A DNA stretch of 64,000 nt from Pseudomonadota bacterium (GTDB taxonomy: Bacteria; Pseudomonadota; Gammaproteobacteria; Xanthomonadales; Xanthomonadaceae), in contig JAFEBX010000004.1 in the NCBI GenBank assembly GCA_018242425.1, forward strand, positions 223,032-287,031, read 5' to 3'. Below are positions 11,564-22,128 of the stretch, piece after piece (positions within the stretch are counted from its first letter, which is position 1; every line of letters starts with the position of its first letter). A program made the translations under genes and the position numbers. A model generated the notes under the pieces. It was not told where the DNA came from, ran no database searches, and saw only the letters and a program-made list of their open reading frames with translations.

Positions 11564-12091
11564 TTATTTCCGCTTCGGGGCGATCATCATCACCATCTGG
11601 CGGCCTTCCAGGCGCGGACGGGACTCGATCACCACGTCCTCGCCGAGGTCACCCTCGATGCGCTTGGCCATCTCCATGCCCAGCTCCTGGTGGCTCATTT
11701 CGCGGCCACGGAAGCGGATGTTGACCTTGATCTTGTCGCCTTCGACCAGGAATTCGCGCATCTTGCGCAGCTTGATCTGGTAGTCGCCCTCGTCCGTCAC
11801 CGGGCGGAACTTCACTTCCTTGATCTCGACCTGCTTGGTCTTCTTCTTGGCCTCGTTGGCCTTTTTCTGCATTTCGAACTTGAACTTGCCGAAATCCATG
11901 ATCTTGCAGACCGGCGGATCGGCCTGCGGCTGGATTTCGACGAGATCGAGACCTTCTTCCTCGGCCATGCGCAAGGCGTCGTCGCGCGAGAGCACCCCGA
12001 CCATTTCGCCGTCGGATCCGATCACGCGCACGCGCGGGACGCGGATTTCGTTGTTCTTGCGGTTCTGCTTGCTATCGACGGGCGTACTGAT
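11564..12091 (-). CDS. infC: Translation initiation factor IF-3, non-canonical ATC start
   Basis: GGAG RBS 8 nt before in-frame ATC; ISTPVDSKQNRKNNEIRVPRVRVIG, PPVCKIMDFGKFKF, FRGREM. Confidence 0.93.
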   Translation of the reverse strand: MSTPVDSKQNRKNNEIRVPRVRVIGSDGEMVGVLSRDDALRMAEEEGLDLVEIQPQADPPVCKIMDFGKFKFEMQKKANEAKKKTKQVEIKEVKFRPVTDEGDYQIKLRKMREFLVEGDKIKVNIRFRGREMSHQELGMEMAKRIEGDLGEDVVIESRPRLEGRQMVMMIAPKRK

Positions 12092-12164
12092 GTTGCGGTC
12101 TCCGGAGGGTTCTGGGTCGGGCCGCGTTTTTCATCGCGGCCCCGGCTCTTGTGAAGCTTGTCTT

Positions 12165-14069
12165 TCAGCCTGGTACGTGTTCCGTACGCAGCCTGTTCGC
12201 GAAGTCTTCGATCGACTGGCTCCCCAGGTCCTCGCCTCCGCGGGTACGCACTGCCACCCGGCCTTCCTCGCGTTCGCGGTCGCCCACGACCAGCAGGTAA
12301 GGCACGCGCTGCAGCGTGTGCTCGCGAATCTTATAGCCGATCTTCTCGTTCCGCAAATCGGAAACCACCCGGAAGCCTTGATCCGCAAGGGTTTTGCGGA
12401 CCTGGTCGGCATATTCGGCCTGGGCGTCGGTGATGTTCATGACCACCGCCTGGACCGGGGCCAGCCAGGCCGGGAACTGGCCGGCGTGGTGCTCGATCAG
12501 GATGCCGATGAAGCGCTCCATCGAGCCGACGATGGCCCGGTGCAGCATCACCGGATGCTTGCGCTGGCTGTGTTCGTCGACGTATTCGGCCCCGAGGCGG
12601 CTGGGCATCATGAAGTCGACCTGCATGGTCCCGAGCTGCCAGGTACGGCCAATGGCGTCCTTCAGGTGGTACTCGATCTTGGGACCGTAGAAGGCACCCT
12701 CGCCCGGCAGTTCCTGCCATTCGACCCCGGCACCGCGCAGGGCCGAACGCAGGGCGTCCTCGGCCTTGTCCCACGTCGCATCGTCGCCGAGACGGGAATC
12801 CGGGCGCAGCGCGATCTTGATCTGGATGTCGCTGAAGCCGAAGTCCGAATAGACCTTGAGCGCCTGCTGGTGGAAGTCGCGGACCTCCGATTCGACCTGG
12901 TCCTCGGTGCAGAAGATGTGGCCGTCGTCCTGGGTGAAGCCGCGCACGCGGAGGATGCCGTGCAGCGCGCCCGAGGGCTCGTTGCGGTGGCAGGCGCCGA
13001 ATTCGCCGTAGCGGATCGGCAGGTCGCGATAGCTGTGCAGGCCCTGGTTGAACACCTGGACATGACCCGGGCAGTTCATCGGCTTGAGCGCGTAGGTGTG
13101 CTTCTCCGACTCGGTGAAGAACATGTTGTCCTGGTAGTTGTCCCAGTGGCCGGACTTCTGCCATAGCGAGACGTCGAGAATCTGCGGGCAACGCACCTCG
13201 CCATAGCCGGTCTCGCGATAGACGCGGCGCATGTGCTGCTCGACGATCTGCCAGATCGCCCAGCCCTTGGGATGCCAGAACACCAGGCCCGGCCCTTCTT
13301 CCTGCAGGTGGAACAGGTCCTGGGCCTTGCCGATCTTGCGGTGGTCGCGCTTCTCGGCCTCTTCCAGCTGCGTCAGGTAGGCCTTGAGGTCCTTGTCGTT
13401 GAGCCAGGCGGTGCCGTAGACGCGCTGGAGCATCTCGTTGTTGGAGTCGCCGCGCCAGTAGGCGCCGGCGACCTTCATCAGCTTGAAGCCGCGCAGCTTG
13501 TCGGTGTTGGGCACGTGCGGGCCGCGGCAGAGGTCGGTGAATTCGCCCTGGCTATAGAGAGAGAGTTCCTGGTCGGCCGGGATCGATTCGATGATCTGCG
13601 CCTTGTATTCCTCGTTCTTGTCGCGGAAGAACTTCACCGCCTCGTCGCGCGACAGCACCGAACGCGCCACCGGCAGCGATTCGGCGACGATCTTCTTCAT
13701 CTCGGCCTCGATCTTCTCGAGGTCTTCCGGGGTGAACGGCGTCTTGCGCGCGAAGTCGTAGTAGAAGCCGTTGTCGATCACCGGGCCGATCGTGACCTGG
13801 GTGTCCGGGAACAGCCGCTGCGTGGCCTGCGCCAGCAGGTGCGCGGTGGAGTGGCGGAGGATGTCGAGCGCCTCCGGCGACTTGTCGGTGACGATGGCGA
13901 GTTCGGCATCGCGATCGATGCGGAAGCCGGTATCGACCAGCTGGCCGTCCACCTTGCCGGCGAGCGCGGCCTTGGCGAGGCCGGCGCCGATGGAGCCGGC
14001 GACTTCGGCGACAGTGACCGGATGGTCGAATTCACGGCGGGAGCCGTCGGGGAGCGTGATGTTGATCAT
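12165..14069 (-). CDS. thrS: Threonine-tRNA ligase
   Basis: [47 protein letters not shown]; start at ATG 14069. Confidence 0.98.
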   Translation of the reverse strand: MINITLPDGSRREFDHPVTVAEVAGSIGAGLAKAALAGKVDGQLVDTGFRIDRDAELAIVTDKSPEALDILRHSTAHLLAQATQRLFPDTQVTIGPVIDNGFYYDFARKTPFTPEDLEKIEAEMKKIVAESLPVARSVLSRDEAVKFFRDKNEEYKAQIIESIPADQELSLYSQGEFTDLCRGPHVPNTDKLRGFKLMKVAGAYWRGDSNNEMLQRVYGTAWLNDKDLKAYLTQLEEAEKRDHRKIGKAQDLFHLQEEGPGLVFWHPKGWAIWQIVEQHMRRVYRETGYGEVRCPQILDVSLWQKSGHWDNYQDNMFFTESEKHTYALKPMNCPGHVQVFNQGLHSYRDLPIRYGEFGACHRNEPSGALHGILRVRGFTQDDGHIFCTEDQVESEVRDFHQQALKVYSDFGFSDIQIKIALRPDSRLGDDATWDKAEDALRSALRGAGVEWQELPGEGAFYGPKIEYHLKDAIGRTWQLGTMQVDFMMPSRLGAEYVDEHSQRKHPVMLHRAIVGSMERFIGILIEHHAGQFPAWLAPVQAVVMNITDAQAEYADQVRKTLADQGFRVVSDLRNEKIGYKIREHTLQRVPYLLVVGDREREEGRVAVRTRGGEDLGSQSIEDFANRLRTEHVPG

Positions 14070-14132
14070 GGGGAACGGATATTCAGTTGGAAATTTCGGC
14101 AATCGATCCGGAACGGGCGGGCCGGAAACGCA

Positions 14133-14155
14133 AACGGCGCCACGAGGGCGCCGTT
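14133..14155 (-). terminator. Terminator-like hairpin in the thrS leader
   Basis: AACGGCGCC-CTCGT-GGCGCCGTT followed by TGCGTTT on the minus strand. Confidence 0.65.
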
Positions 14156-14175
14156 GACCGGGACCTCGGGACGCT

Positions 14176-14202
14176 TCAGCAGTGGGCGGTGGTAGTGCTC
14201 AT
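14176..14202 (-). CDS. Putative thrS leader peptide MSTTTAHC
   Basis: ATG AGC ACT ACC ACC GCC CAC TGC TGA; three tandem Thr codons about 107 nt upstream of thrS; RBS is weak. Confidence 0.65.
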   Translation of the reverse strand: MSTTTAHC

Positions 14203-14323
14203 GTCGCACGCTCGGCCGGCGTCGGCGCAGGCCACCCGTGTCCGGTGGAGATACAGGAAAAATAGGGCCGGAACGGCTGCGGGTCAATGGGGAGGTTCCC
14301 TGCCAGCCGTCCGGCCCAATCCT

Positions 14324-15787
14324 TTATGGCGAGCGCGCCGCGAGTTTCCTGCGTTCAGGGAGGTGGTCCGGCCAGCCTCCGGCCAACGCCTTGTAGAGCG
14401 CGATCGCGCTGCCGACGCTGCGGGTGCGCGCATCCGCGAAGGCTTCCTCCGCCTGCAGTTGCGTGCGTTCCGCGTCCAGCACCTCGAACAGGTCGGTGGC
14501 GCCGGCGTGGTAGCGCAACCGCGCCAGTTGCGCCGCCTTCGCGCTGTCGAGCGCCGCCTGCTCCAGGTGCGCATCCTCGCTGCGTGCGCGGTCATGGCGA
14601 ACCAGCGCATTCTCGGTGTCTTCCAATGCCAGCAGCACGGTCTTCTCGTACTGCGCGAGCTGGCCCTCGGCATCGGCATCCGCAGCCTTGATGCGGGCAC
14701 GGACCCGGCCGACATCCAGGAAGGACCAGTCGATCCCCAGCGCGACCAGATGGGTTTCGCTGTCGCGCGAGAACAGGGCGCCGGTCCCGGCGGCCTGCGA
14801 ACCGATCAGTCCGCCGAGCGTGAAGCGCGGGAACAGGTCGGCGGTGGCCACGCCGATCCGCGCGGTGGCCGCGTGCAGGCGTTGTTCGGCAGCGACGATG
14901 TCGGGGCGATGGCGCAGCAGGTCACCCGGCGTCGACGGATCGATGCGCGCGGGCAGGACCGGCAACGCACCCGATGGCGTGAGTTCGGAAATCAACGCTT
15001 CCGGCATGTGCCCGGTCAATACCGCCAATCGATGCATCGACACCGCGACCTGCGCCTCCAGCGCCGGCACCCGCGATCGCGTCGCTTCCAGTTGCGCACG
15101 CGCACGCGAGGTGTCGAATTCCGTGCCGCGCCCGGCATTGAAGCGCGCCTCCACCAGCTTCAATGTCTGCGCCTGGTTATCGGCGTTCTGGCGCGCCACC
15201 CGCAGGCGTTCCTGCGATCCACGCAGCGTGACATAGGTGTTGGCGACTTCACCGACGATCGCTACCTGCAATGCCTGCAGGTCGGCGGCCGAAGCATGGA
15301 AGTCGGCACGCTGGGCTTCGACGCTGCGGCGAACGCGACCGAACAGGTCGAGCTCCCACGATGCCTGGGCACCGACGCTGTAGCTTTTGTAATCGCGATC
15401 CGCACGCGACACGCCAGGTTGCTGGTCGGCGCTGGCGCGATTGTCCGAAGCCTGCCCCTGCGCGGTGATCGTCGGCAATTGATCGAACCTGGCACCACGC
15501 AACAACGCATTGGCGCGATCGAGGTTGGCCAGCGCGATGCGCAGGTCGTGGTTGGCAGACAAGGCGTCATCAACCAGGCGCGTCAGTAGCGGATCGTTGA
15601 AGCCGCGCCAGAACTCGCTGTCGGCCGCACTCGTTGCATGACCAGCCGCCACGCCATCCGCAGGCGCCTCCGCCTGCACGAAACGATCAGGCACGCCAGC
15701 CATGTTCGGATAGACGTGGTTCGGTCCGACCGCGCAGGCCGCAAGCAGCGTCGACGCGATAGCGACGACAAGGGGACGCATCACCAT
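14324..15787 (-). CDS. NodT/TolC family outer membrane efflux lipoprotein (SmeX-like)
   Basis: Lipobox LLAAC, SWELDLFGRVRR, LLRHRPDI, LYKALAGGW. Confidence 0.92.
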   Translation of the reverse strand: MVMRPLVVAIASTLLAACAVGPNHVYPNMAGVPDRFVQAEAPADGVAAGHATSAADSEFWRGFNDPLLTRLVDDALSANHDLRIALANLDRANALLRGARFDQLPTITAQGQASDNRASADQQPGVSRADRDYKSYSVGAQASWELDLFGRVRRSVEAQRADFHASAADLQALQVAIVGEVANTYVTLRGSQERLRVARQNADNQAQTLKLVEARFNAGRGTEFDTSRARAQLEATRSRVPALEAQVAVSMHRLAVLTGHMPEALISELTPSGALPVLPARIDPSTPGDLLRHRPDIVAAEQRLHAATARIGVATADLFPRFTLGGLIGSQAAGTGALFSRDSETHLVALGIDWSFLDVGRVRARIKAADADAEGQLAQYEKTVLLALEDTENALVRHDRARSEDAHLEQAALDSAKAAQLARLRYHAGATDLFEVLDAERTQLQAEEAFADARTRSVGSAIALYKALAGGWPDHLPERRKLAARSP

Positions 15788-16536
15788 GGCAGCACCTGGT
15801 CGAAGTAGAAGTAACCGCCGGTCGGGCCATCGTTGCCGACCAGCGCAAGCTGCACGCTGGTGCGCGCGCCTTCCGGCACGGGCAATTCACCGTTCTGCTG
15901 GTCGCCGGACTTGTTCATGTCGGTCTGCACATAGCCAGGATGGATGGCGTTGACCTTGATCCCGGTGTCCTTCAGCGCATGCGCCAGGTGCACGGTCCAC
16001 GCGTTCACCGCGCTCTTGGACACGTTGTAGGCCGGGACACCCTTGAAGTCGTAGATGAAGGACTCGGGGTTCTGGTGTTCCGAAATCGATCCAAGGAGGC
16101 TGGACACGTTGACGATGCGACCCGCCTCGGACTTGCGCAGCAGCGGCAGGAAGGTCTGGGTGGTTTCGATCAGGCCGAACACGTTGGTGTCGAACGTGCT
16201 GCGCCACGTCTGCAACGATTGGCCCGAAACACCCTGGGCGGCGTCATCGACAAGGATGCCGGCATTGTTGACGAGGATGTCGAGCTTGCCGTGCTTCTGC
16301 GCGACTTCCTGTGCGGCGGCGAAGATGCTGTCGGGCTTGGTGACGTCGAGCGCGATCGCTTCGACCTGCAGGCCTTCGGACTGCAGCTTCAGCGACGCCT
16401 CGACCGCCTTGCCGCGATCACGGCCGGCAAGCAGCACATGCACGCCCTGGCTGGCGAGTTGGCGGACGGTCTCGAAACCGATGCCACGCGTCGCACCGGT
16501 GACGAGGGCGACCTTGGAATTGTTGTTGGCAGACAT
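15781..16536 (-). CDS. Short-chain dehydrogenase/reductase (SmeU2-like)
   Basis: VALVTGATRGIG, LVNNAG, YNVSK (YxxxK); start at ATG 16536. Confidence 0.9.
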   Translation of the reverse strand: MSANNNSKVALVTGATRGIGFETVRQLASQGVHVLLAGRDRGKAVEASLKLQSEGLQVEAIALDVTKPDSIFAAAQEVAQKHGKLDILVNNAGILVDDAAQGVSGQSLQTWRSTFDTNVFGLIETTQTFLPLLRKSEAGRIVNVSSLLGSISEHQNPESFIYDFKGVPAYNVSKSAVNAWTVHLAHALKDTGIKVNAIHPGYVQTDMNKSGDQQNGELPVPEGARTSVQLALVGNDGPTGGYFYFDQVLPW

Positions 16537-16585
16537 CTGTATTTTCCTTTCATGGGGCGGGCCGTGGCCCGCCGTGGGAGAGAGA

Positions 16586-19500
16586 TCAGAGAACCGACGA
16601 GGCAGTCGCCGGCGAGTGGACGGGCCGTGCGTCATGGCGAACGAGTTCCCGGCGCGAAAGCTTGCGCAGGGCGACGTAGAACACCGGCGTCAGGAACAGG
16701 CCAAACAGCGTGACCCCGAGCATTCCCGAGAACACGGTGATGCCGGTGACCGAGCGCACTTCCGCGCCTGCGCCATGCGAGAACACCAGCGGCACGGTGC
16801 CGGCGATGAAGGCGATCGACGTCATCACGATCGGACGCAGGCGCAGGCGGCAGGCTTCCAGCGCCGCCTCGACGATGCCCCGCCCCTGCATTTCAAGTTC
16901 GCGGGCGAACTCGACGATCAGGATCGCGTTCTTGCACGCCAGTCCCATCAGCACCACCAGGCCGACCTGCACGAAGACGTTGTTGTCGCCACCGGTCAGC
17001 TTGACGCCGAGCAATGCCGACAACAGGCACATCGGCACGATCAGGATCACCGCCAGCGGCAACGTCCAGCTTTCGTACAGCGCCGCCAGCACCAGGAACA
17101 CCAGCAGGATCGCCAGCGGGAAGATCACCAGCGCGGCCTTGCCCTGCATCACCTGCTGGTAGCTGAGGTCGGTCCACTCGATGTTCATGCCATTGGGCAG
17201 CACCTTCTCCGCGGTGCCTTCCATCACTGCCATCGCCTGGGCCGAGGACAACAGGCGCGGATCGGCGGCGCCGGCGAGATCGGCGGCGGGATAGCCGTTG
17301 TAGCGCAGCACCGGATCGGGGCCGTAGGTCTGCTTGATCGTCACCATCGAACCGATCGGCACCATCTCGCCACGCTCGTTGCGCGTGCGCAGGTTGCCGA
17401 TGTCCTCGACATTGCCGCGGAACTTGCCGTCGGCCTGCGCGATCACCTGCCAGGTGCGACCGAACTGGTTGAAGTCGTTGACATAGGCCGAACCGAGGTA
17501 GGTCTGCAGGGTGTCGAACAGCTCCGTCAGCGGCACGCCCTGCGCCTTGGCCTTGACGCGATCGACCTCGGCATCAAGTTGCGGCACGTTGGCCTGGTAA
17601 CTGGTGATCGGATAGCTCATGCCAGGCGTCTGCATCACCGCGCCCTGCAGTCCCTGCACCGCGTTTTGCAGCGCGCCGTAACCGAGACCGGCGCGATCCT
17701 CGACGAACAGCTGGTAGCCGTTGCCATTGCCGAGGCCGAGGATCGGCGGCGGCAGCATCGAGAAGGCGAAGCCTTCCTGCAGGCCGGCGATCTTCTGGCT
17801 GATTTCCGCGTTGATCTGCTCGGCGGTCCGACCATGGCGTTCACTGAACGGCTTGAGCGGAACGAATGCGACACCTGTGTTGGGCGTGTTGGTGAACTGC
17901 AGCGCGTTGAGGCCAGGGAAGGAAATGGTGTGGGCGACGCCATCGGTGTGCTGGGCGATGTCCGCGACCTTGCGCAACATCGCATCGGTGCGCGCGATCG
18001 ATGCGCCTTCCGGCAACTTCACCCCCGCGATCAGGTAGAGCTTGTCCTGGGTCGGGATGAAGCCCGCGGGCACCAGCTTGAAGACGAACCCGGTGGCGAG
18101 GAGCAGCACCGCGTACACCGCGAACACCGCGCCACGACGACCGAGCGTGCGCTTCATCGCGCCTTCGTAGCGATCGGAGTTGCGTTTGAAGAAGCGATTG
18201 AACGGACGGAAGATCCAGCCGAACAGGCGATCGATCAGGCGCGACGGCGCATCCTTGGCCGCATCATGGGACTTCAGCAGGCGCGCGGCCAATGCCGGCG
18301 ACAAGGTCAGCGAGTTGATCGCCGAGATCACCGTCGAGATGGCGATCGTCACCGCGAACTGCTTGTAGAACTGGCCGGTCACGCCCGAGAGGAAGGCCAT
18401 CGGCACGAATACCGCGCACAACACCAGCGCGATCGCGATGATCGGCCCGGAGACTTCCTTCATCGCCAGGTGCGCGGCCTGCAACGGCGTGGCGCCATGC
18501 TCGATGTGGCGTTCGACGTTCTCCACCACCACGATGGCGTCGTCGACCACGATGCCGATCGCCAGCACCATGCCGAACAGGCTGAGCGTGTTGATCGAGA
18601 ATCCGAGCAGGTACAGCACCGCGAAGGTACCGACGATCGACACCGGCACCGCGATCAGCGGGATGATCGAGGCGCGCCAGGTCTGCAGGAACAGGATCAC
18701 CACCAGCACCACCAGCGCGACCGCTTCCAGCAGCGTCGACACCACCGCCTTGATCGAGTCGCGGACGAAGATCGTGGTGTCATACACCGCTTCGTACTTG
18801 ATGCCGTCGGGGAAGCTCTTGGACAGGCCGTCCATCGACGTGATCACGTTCTTCTGGATATCGAGCGCGTTGGCGCCCGGCGCCTGGAACACGCCGATGC
18901 CAACCGCGTTCTTGCCGTCGAGCTGGGAACGCAGGGTGTAGTCGCCGGCACCGAGTTCGACGCGCGCGACATCGGAAAGACGCACGACTTCACCATCGTC
19001 GCCGGACTTGAGCACGATGTTCCCGAACTCTTCCGGCGTCTTCAGGCGGCCCTGGGCATTGATCAGCGTGAGGAACTTGCTGTCGGGCATCGGTTCGGCG
19101 CCGAGCTGGCCCGCGGACACCTGCACGTTCTGTTCGCGCATCGCCCGCACCACGTCGCCCGCGGTCAGGCCACGCGCGGCGATCTTGTCCGGATCCAGCC
19201 ACGCACGCATCGCGTAGTCGCCGCCACCGAAGATCTGCGCATCGCCGACGCCGGGGATGCGCGTCAGCGCGTCCTTGACGTGGAGTCGCGCGTAATTGCG
19301 CAGGTACAACGTGTCGTATTTGCCGTTGGGCGAGGTCAGGTGCACCACCATCAGGAAGGTCGGCGACTGCTTCTGGGTCGTCACGCCCTGCCGGCGCACG
19401 TCCTCGGGCAGGCGCGCCAACGCCTGGCTGACGCGGTTCTGCACGCGCACCGCAGCGTCATCGGCATTGGTGCCGGGACGGAAGGTCACGGTCATCTGCA

Positions 19501-19768
19501 GCACGCCGTCGGAACCGGCAACCGACTTCATGTACATCATGTTTTCGACGCCGTTGATCGCCTCTTCCAGTGGCGTCGCCACCGTTTCTGCGATCACCTT
19601 GGGATTGGCGCCTGGGTAAACCGTGCGCACCACCACCGATGGCGGCACCACGTCCGGGTATTCGCCGATCGGCAGCATCGGCATCGCGATCAGGCCGGCG
19701 GCGAAGATCACGATCGACAGCACCGCGGCGAAGATCGGCCGGTCGATGAAGAATTTCGAGAAATCCAT
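16586..19768 (-). CDS. RND multidrug efflux permease (SmeW/MexF-like)
   Basis: FFIDRPIFAAVLS, IGIVVDDAIVVVENVER, KNAILIVEFA, RLRPIVMTS; 1060 aa. Confidence 0.95.
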   Translation of the reverse strand: MDFSKFFIDRPIFAAVLSIVIFAAGLIAMPMLPIGEYPDVVPPSVVVRTVYPGANPKVIAETVATPLEEAINGVENMMYMKSVAGSDGVLQMTVTFRPGTNADDAAVRVQNRVSQALARLPEDVRRQGVTTQKQSPTFLMVVHLTSPNGKYDTLYLRNYARLHVKDALTRIPGVGDAQIFGGGDYAMRAWLDPDKIAARGLTAGDVVRAMREQNVQVSAGQLGAEPMPDSKFLTLINAQGRLKTPEEFGNIVLKSGDDGEVVRLSDVARVELGAGDYTLRSQLDGKNAVGIGVFQAPGANALDIQKNVITSMDGLSKSFPDGIKYEAVYDTTIFVRDSIKAVVSTLLEAVALVVLVVILFLQTWRASIIPLIAVPVSIVGTFAVLYLLGFSINTLSLFGMVLAIGIVVDDAIVVVENVERHIEHGATPLQAAHLAMKEVSGPIIAIALVLCAVFVPMAFLSGVTGQFYKQFAVTIAISTVISAINSLTLSPALAARLLKSHDAAKDAPSRLIDRLFGWIFRPFNRFFKRNSDRYEGAMKRTLGRRGAVFAVYAVLLLATGFVFKLVPAGFIPTQDKLYLIAGVKLPEGASIARTDAMLRKVADIAQHTDGVAHTISFPGLNALQFTNTPNTGVAFVPLKPFSERHGRTAEQINAEISQKIAGLQEGFAFSMLPPPILGLGNGNGYQLFVEDRAGLGYGALQNAVQGLQGAVMQTPGMSYPITSYQANVPQLDAEVDRVKAKAQGVPLTELFDTLQTYLGSAYVNDFNQFGRTWQVIAQADGKFRGNVEDIGNLRTRNERGEMVPIGSMVTIKQTYGPDPVLRYNGYPAADLAGAADPRLLSSAQAMAVMEGTAEKVLPNGMNIEWTDLSYQQVMQGKAALVIFPLAILLVFLVLAALYESWTLPLAVILIVPMCLLSALLGVKLTGGDNNVFVQVGLVVLMGLACKNAILIVEFARELEMQGRGIVEAALEACRLRLRPIVMTSIAFIAGTVPLVFSHGAGAEVRSVTGITVFSGMLGVTLFGLFLTPVFYVALRKLSRRELVRHDARPVHSPATASSVL

Positions 19769-19796
19769 TGGAAGATCCTTGTCTGTTGCGGGCGCG

Positions 19797-21011
19797 TCAG
19801 TTCGAGGCCGGGCCCGTCGCTGCCGGCTGCGGCGCCGGGGCGCCCATCGCGATCTGTTGCGGCTTCACCGGCATGCCCGGGAAGATCACCTTCTGCACGC
19901 CATGGACGATCACCTTGTCGGTGGCGGCAAGACCCGACTGCACCACGCGCAAGCCATCGATGCTGCGACCGAGCACCACGTCCTTGCGCAGCGCCGAATT
20001 CTTCGGGCCGACGACATAGACGTACTTGCGATCCTGGTCGGTGAGCACGGCGCTGTCGTCGATCAGCATGGCGTTGAACTCGCCGCTGCCCTGCAACTGC
20101 ACGCGCGCGAACAGGCCGGGCGTGAACAGGCGATCCGGGTTCCTCAGCACCGCGCGCGCGCGAATGGTCCCGGTCTTGGGATCCACTTGGTTGTCGACGA
20201 AATCGACGGTGCCTTCGTGCGGATAACCGTTCTCGCTGGCAAGGCCGACCCGCACCGGGTTCTTCGTCGCGTTGCGCTCGCCCTTGCGGGCCATTTCGGC
20301 GTAGCGCAGCAGGCTCTGCTCATCGCTTTCGAAATAGACGAAGACCGGATCCTGCGATACCACCGTCGTCAATTGCGTAGCATCGGCCTGGGCGAGGTTG
20401 CCTTCGGTCACCAATGCACGACCGGCGCGACCGTTGATCGGCGAACGCACTTCGGTGAATTGCAGATTGAGTCGCGCGGCAGCCACCGCGGCTTCGGCGG
20501 CACGCACCGACGCCCCGGTCCCGGAAGTCGCGGCCCTGCGCTGGTCGAATTCCTCGCGCGAAATCGCCTTCGCCTCGATCAGCGATTGCGCGCGTGCGTC
20601 CTGCGCCTGCGCCAGCCGCGATTCGCTGCGGGCGCGCTCGAGGTCGGCCTGCGCCCGATCGAGCGCGGCCCGGTACGGGCGCTGGTCGATCACGAACAGC
20701 AAATCACCCTTGCGGACGTCCTGCCCTTCGCGATAGGCCACCCGTTGCACGTAACCGCTGACGCGCGGACGCAGCTCGACGCTCTCCACCGCGGCGACAT
20801 GCCCGCTGTACTCGTCCCACTGGTGCACCGCTTTCGTCAGCACGTTGGCGACGCTCACTTCGGGTGGCGGCGGCATGCCGGCGTTCGGCGCGGCCTGGCT
20901 GTTGCAGCCGGCCAGCACCAGCATCATCGCCGCGCCCAGCGCGAGTCCCGGCCATGACGTTGCCGATGTCGTGCGTTGCAGCTCCCGGCTGGAAGAATTG
21001 TCGTACATCAT
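19797..21011 (-). CDS. RND membrane fusion protein (SmeV-like)
   Basis: Lipobox LAGC, VELRPRVSGYV, GTVDFVDNQVD, LFTPGLFARV. Confidence 0.92.
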   Translation of the reverse strand: MMYDNSSSRELQRTTSATSWPGLALGAAMMLVLAGCNSQAAPNAGMPPPPEVSVANVLTKAVHQWDEYSGHVAAVESVELRPRVSGYVQRVAYREGQDVRKGDLLFVIDQRPYRAALDRAQADLERARSESRLAQAQDARAQSLIEAKAISREEFDQRRAATSGTGASVRAAEAAVAAARLNLQFTEVRSPINGRAGRALVTEGNLAQADATQLTTVVSQDPVFVYFESDEQSLLRYAEMARKGERNATKNPVRVGLASENGYPHEGTVDFVDNQVDPKTGTIRARAVLRNPDRLFTPGLFARVQLQGSGEFNAMLIDDSAVLTDQDRKYVYVVGPKNSALRKDVVLGRSIDGLRVVQSGLAATDKVIVHGVQKVIFPGMPVKPQQIAMGAPAPQPAATGPASN

Positions 21012-21874
21012 CTCGTGCGCTCCTGGTTCCTGTTTGCAGCAATGGGGGATGTGGGGAATTTCGATGCGGCGGCGTCGAGCAGCCTGTGCACGTCCTTGGC
21101 GCAGCGTGCTTGCAGCGCGGATGCGGCGCCTGCCGTTTCCTGCGATGGAATTTGCGCGGACTGTGCAGCGTTGTCCGGCTCCAGAGTCAAGATCGCCTGG
21201 GTGCAGCGCGCATCATTGCGATGCTTGAGCAACTCCAGCGCCTTGCGCCCGATGTGGTCAACGCAAGGCCAGCCCTGGCAGGCGTGTTTTTCGTTGGCGT
21301 CGGTGCGCGCCGGCGATTCGACTTCAAGCAATTGCAGGCGCACCGCATGGGTGCGCGCTTCGTCGTGCAGCACGCGCGCGAGCATGCGCAGGGCGGCAGC
21401 GGAGATCGAGCGATGGCCATAACCGGCCCAGGGATTGCGACCGCCGGGACCACCGACCATCACGTAACCGCAATTGCGTCCCGACTCGGCGAGCCACGGC
21501 AGCAGGTGGCGCGCAGCGACCAGATGGGGCAGCACGGCTTCGTCGAAGTTGCGGCGCAACTCATCCGACGACTGGTCGATCAGGCGACCACGCACATCAC
21601 CGCCCCCCAGTGCCGCTACGACCCCAAGGAAGGGCTGCCCGATTTCACGCAACGACGCGACCAGGGCGAGTGCGCCGGCATCGTTCACCAGCGAGGCCTC
21701 GATGGTGCGCAGGATTGCGTCCGGGTACTGCACTTCCAGCGCGGCCAGGCCGCGGGCATCGCGGGCGACCGCAACCACCGGCCAACCGGCGCCGGCAGCC
21801 GCCTTCACGGCCGCGCGGCCCACGGTTCCTGTCGCCCCGAGGATGAGGACGGCGGGCTTCATCATCCCGCTCAT
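21008..21874 (-). CDS. Atypical SDR/NAD(P)-binding protein (SmeU1-like)
   Basis: VLILGATGTVG Rossmann motif; start at ATG 21874; ATGA overlap with the MFP gene. Confidence 0.75.
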   Translation of the reverse strand: MSGMMKPAVLILGATGTVGRAAVKAAAGAGWPVVAVARDARGLAALEVQYPDAILRTIEASLVNDAGALALVASLREIGQPFLGVVAALGGGDVRGRLIDQSSDELRRNFDEAVLPHLVAARHLLPWLAESGRNCGYVMVGGPGGRNPWAGYGHRSISAAALRMLARVLHDEARTHAVRLQLLEVESPARTDANEKHACQGWPCVDHIGRKALELLKHRNDARCTQAILTLEPDNAAQSAQIPSQETAGAASALQARCAKDVHRLLDAAASKFPTSPIAANRNQERTR

Positions 21875-22128
21875 GGGACTTTTTCTCCCGTCACCGGGAC
21901 AATCGAGTGCCGGTGCAGGGCGCGACGCAGCCAATCGACCAGCACCAGCAGGACCATCAGCACCGGCAGCCCGGCAACGACCGCCATCACCCCGACCAGC
22001 ATCCAGGCTTCGGCGGTGCCAATGGAAACAGCACGTTGCAGCTCGATCACGGCAAGCCAGGGCACGCCAGCCAGCCCGGTCGCGACGACCAGGGCATAGA
22101 TCCAACGAACACCGGAGGGGGTAAGCAT
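21871..22128 (-). CDS. Small membrane protein of unknown function, first gene of the efflux operon
   Basis: 85 aa with two hydrophobic stretches; ATGA overlap with the next gene. Confidence 0.55.
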   Translation of the reverse strand: MLTPSGVRWIYALVVATGLAGVPWLAVIELQRAVSIGTAEAWMLVGVMAVVAGLPVLMVLLVLVDWLRRALHRHSIVPVTGEKVP

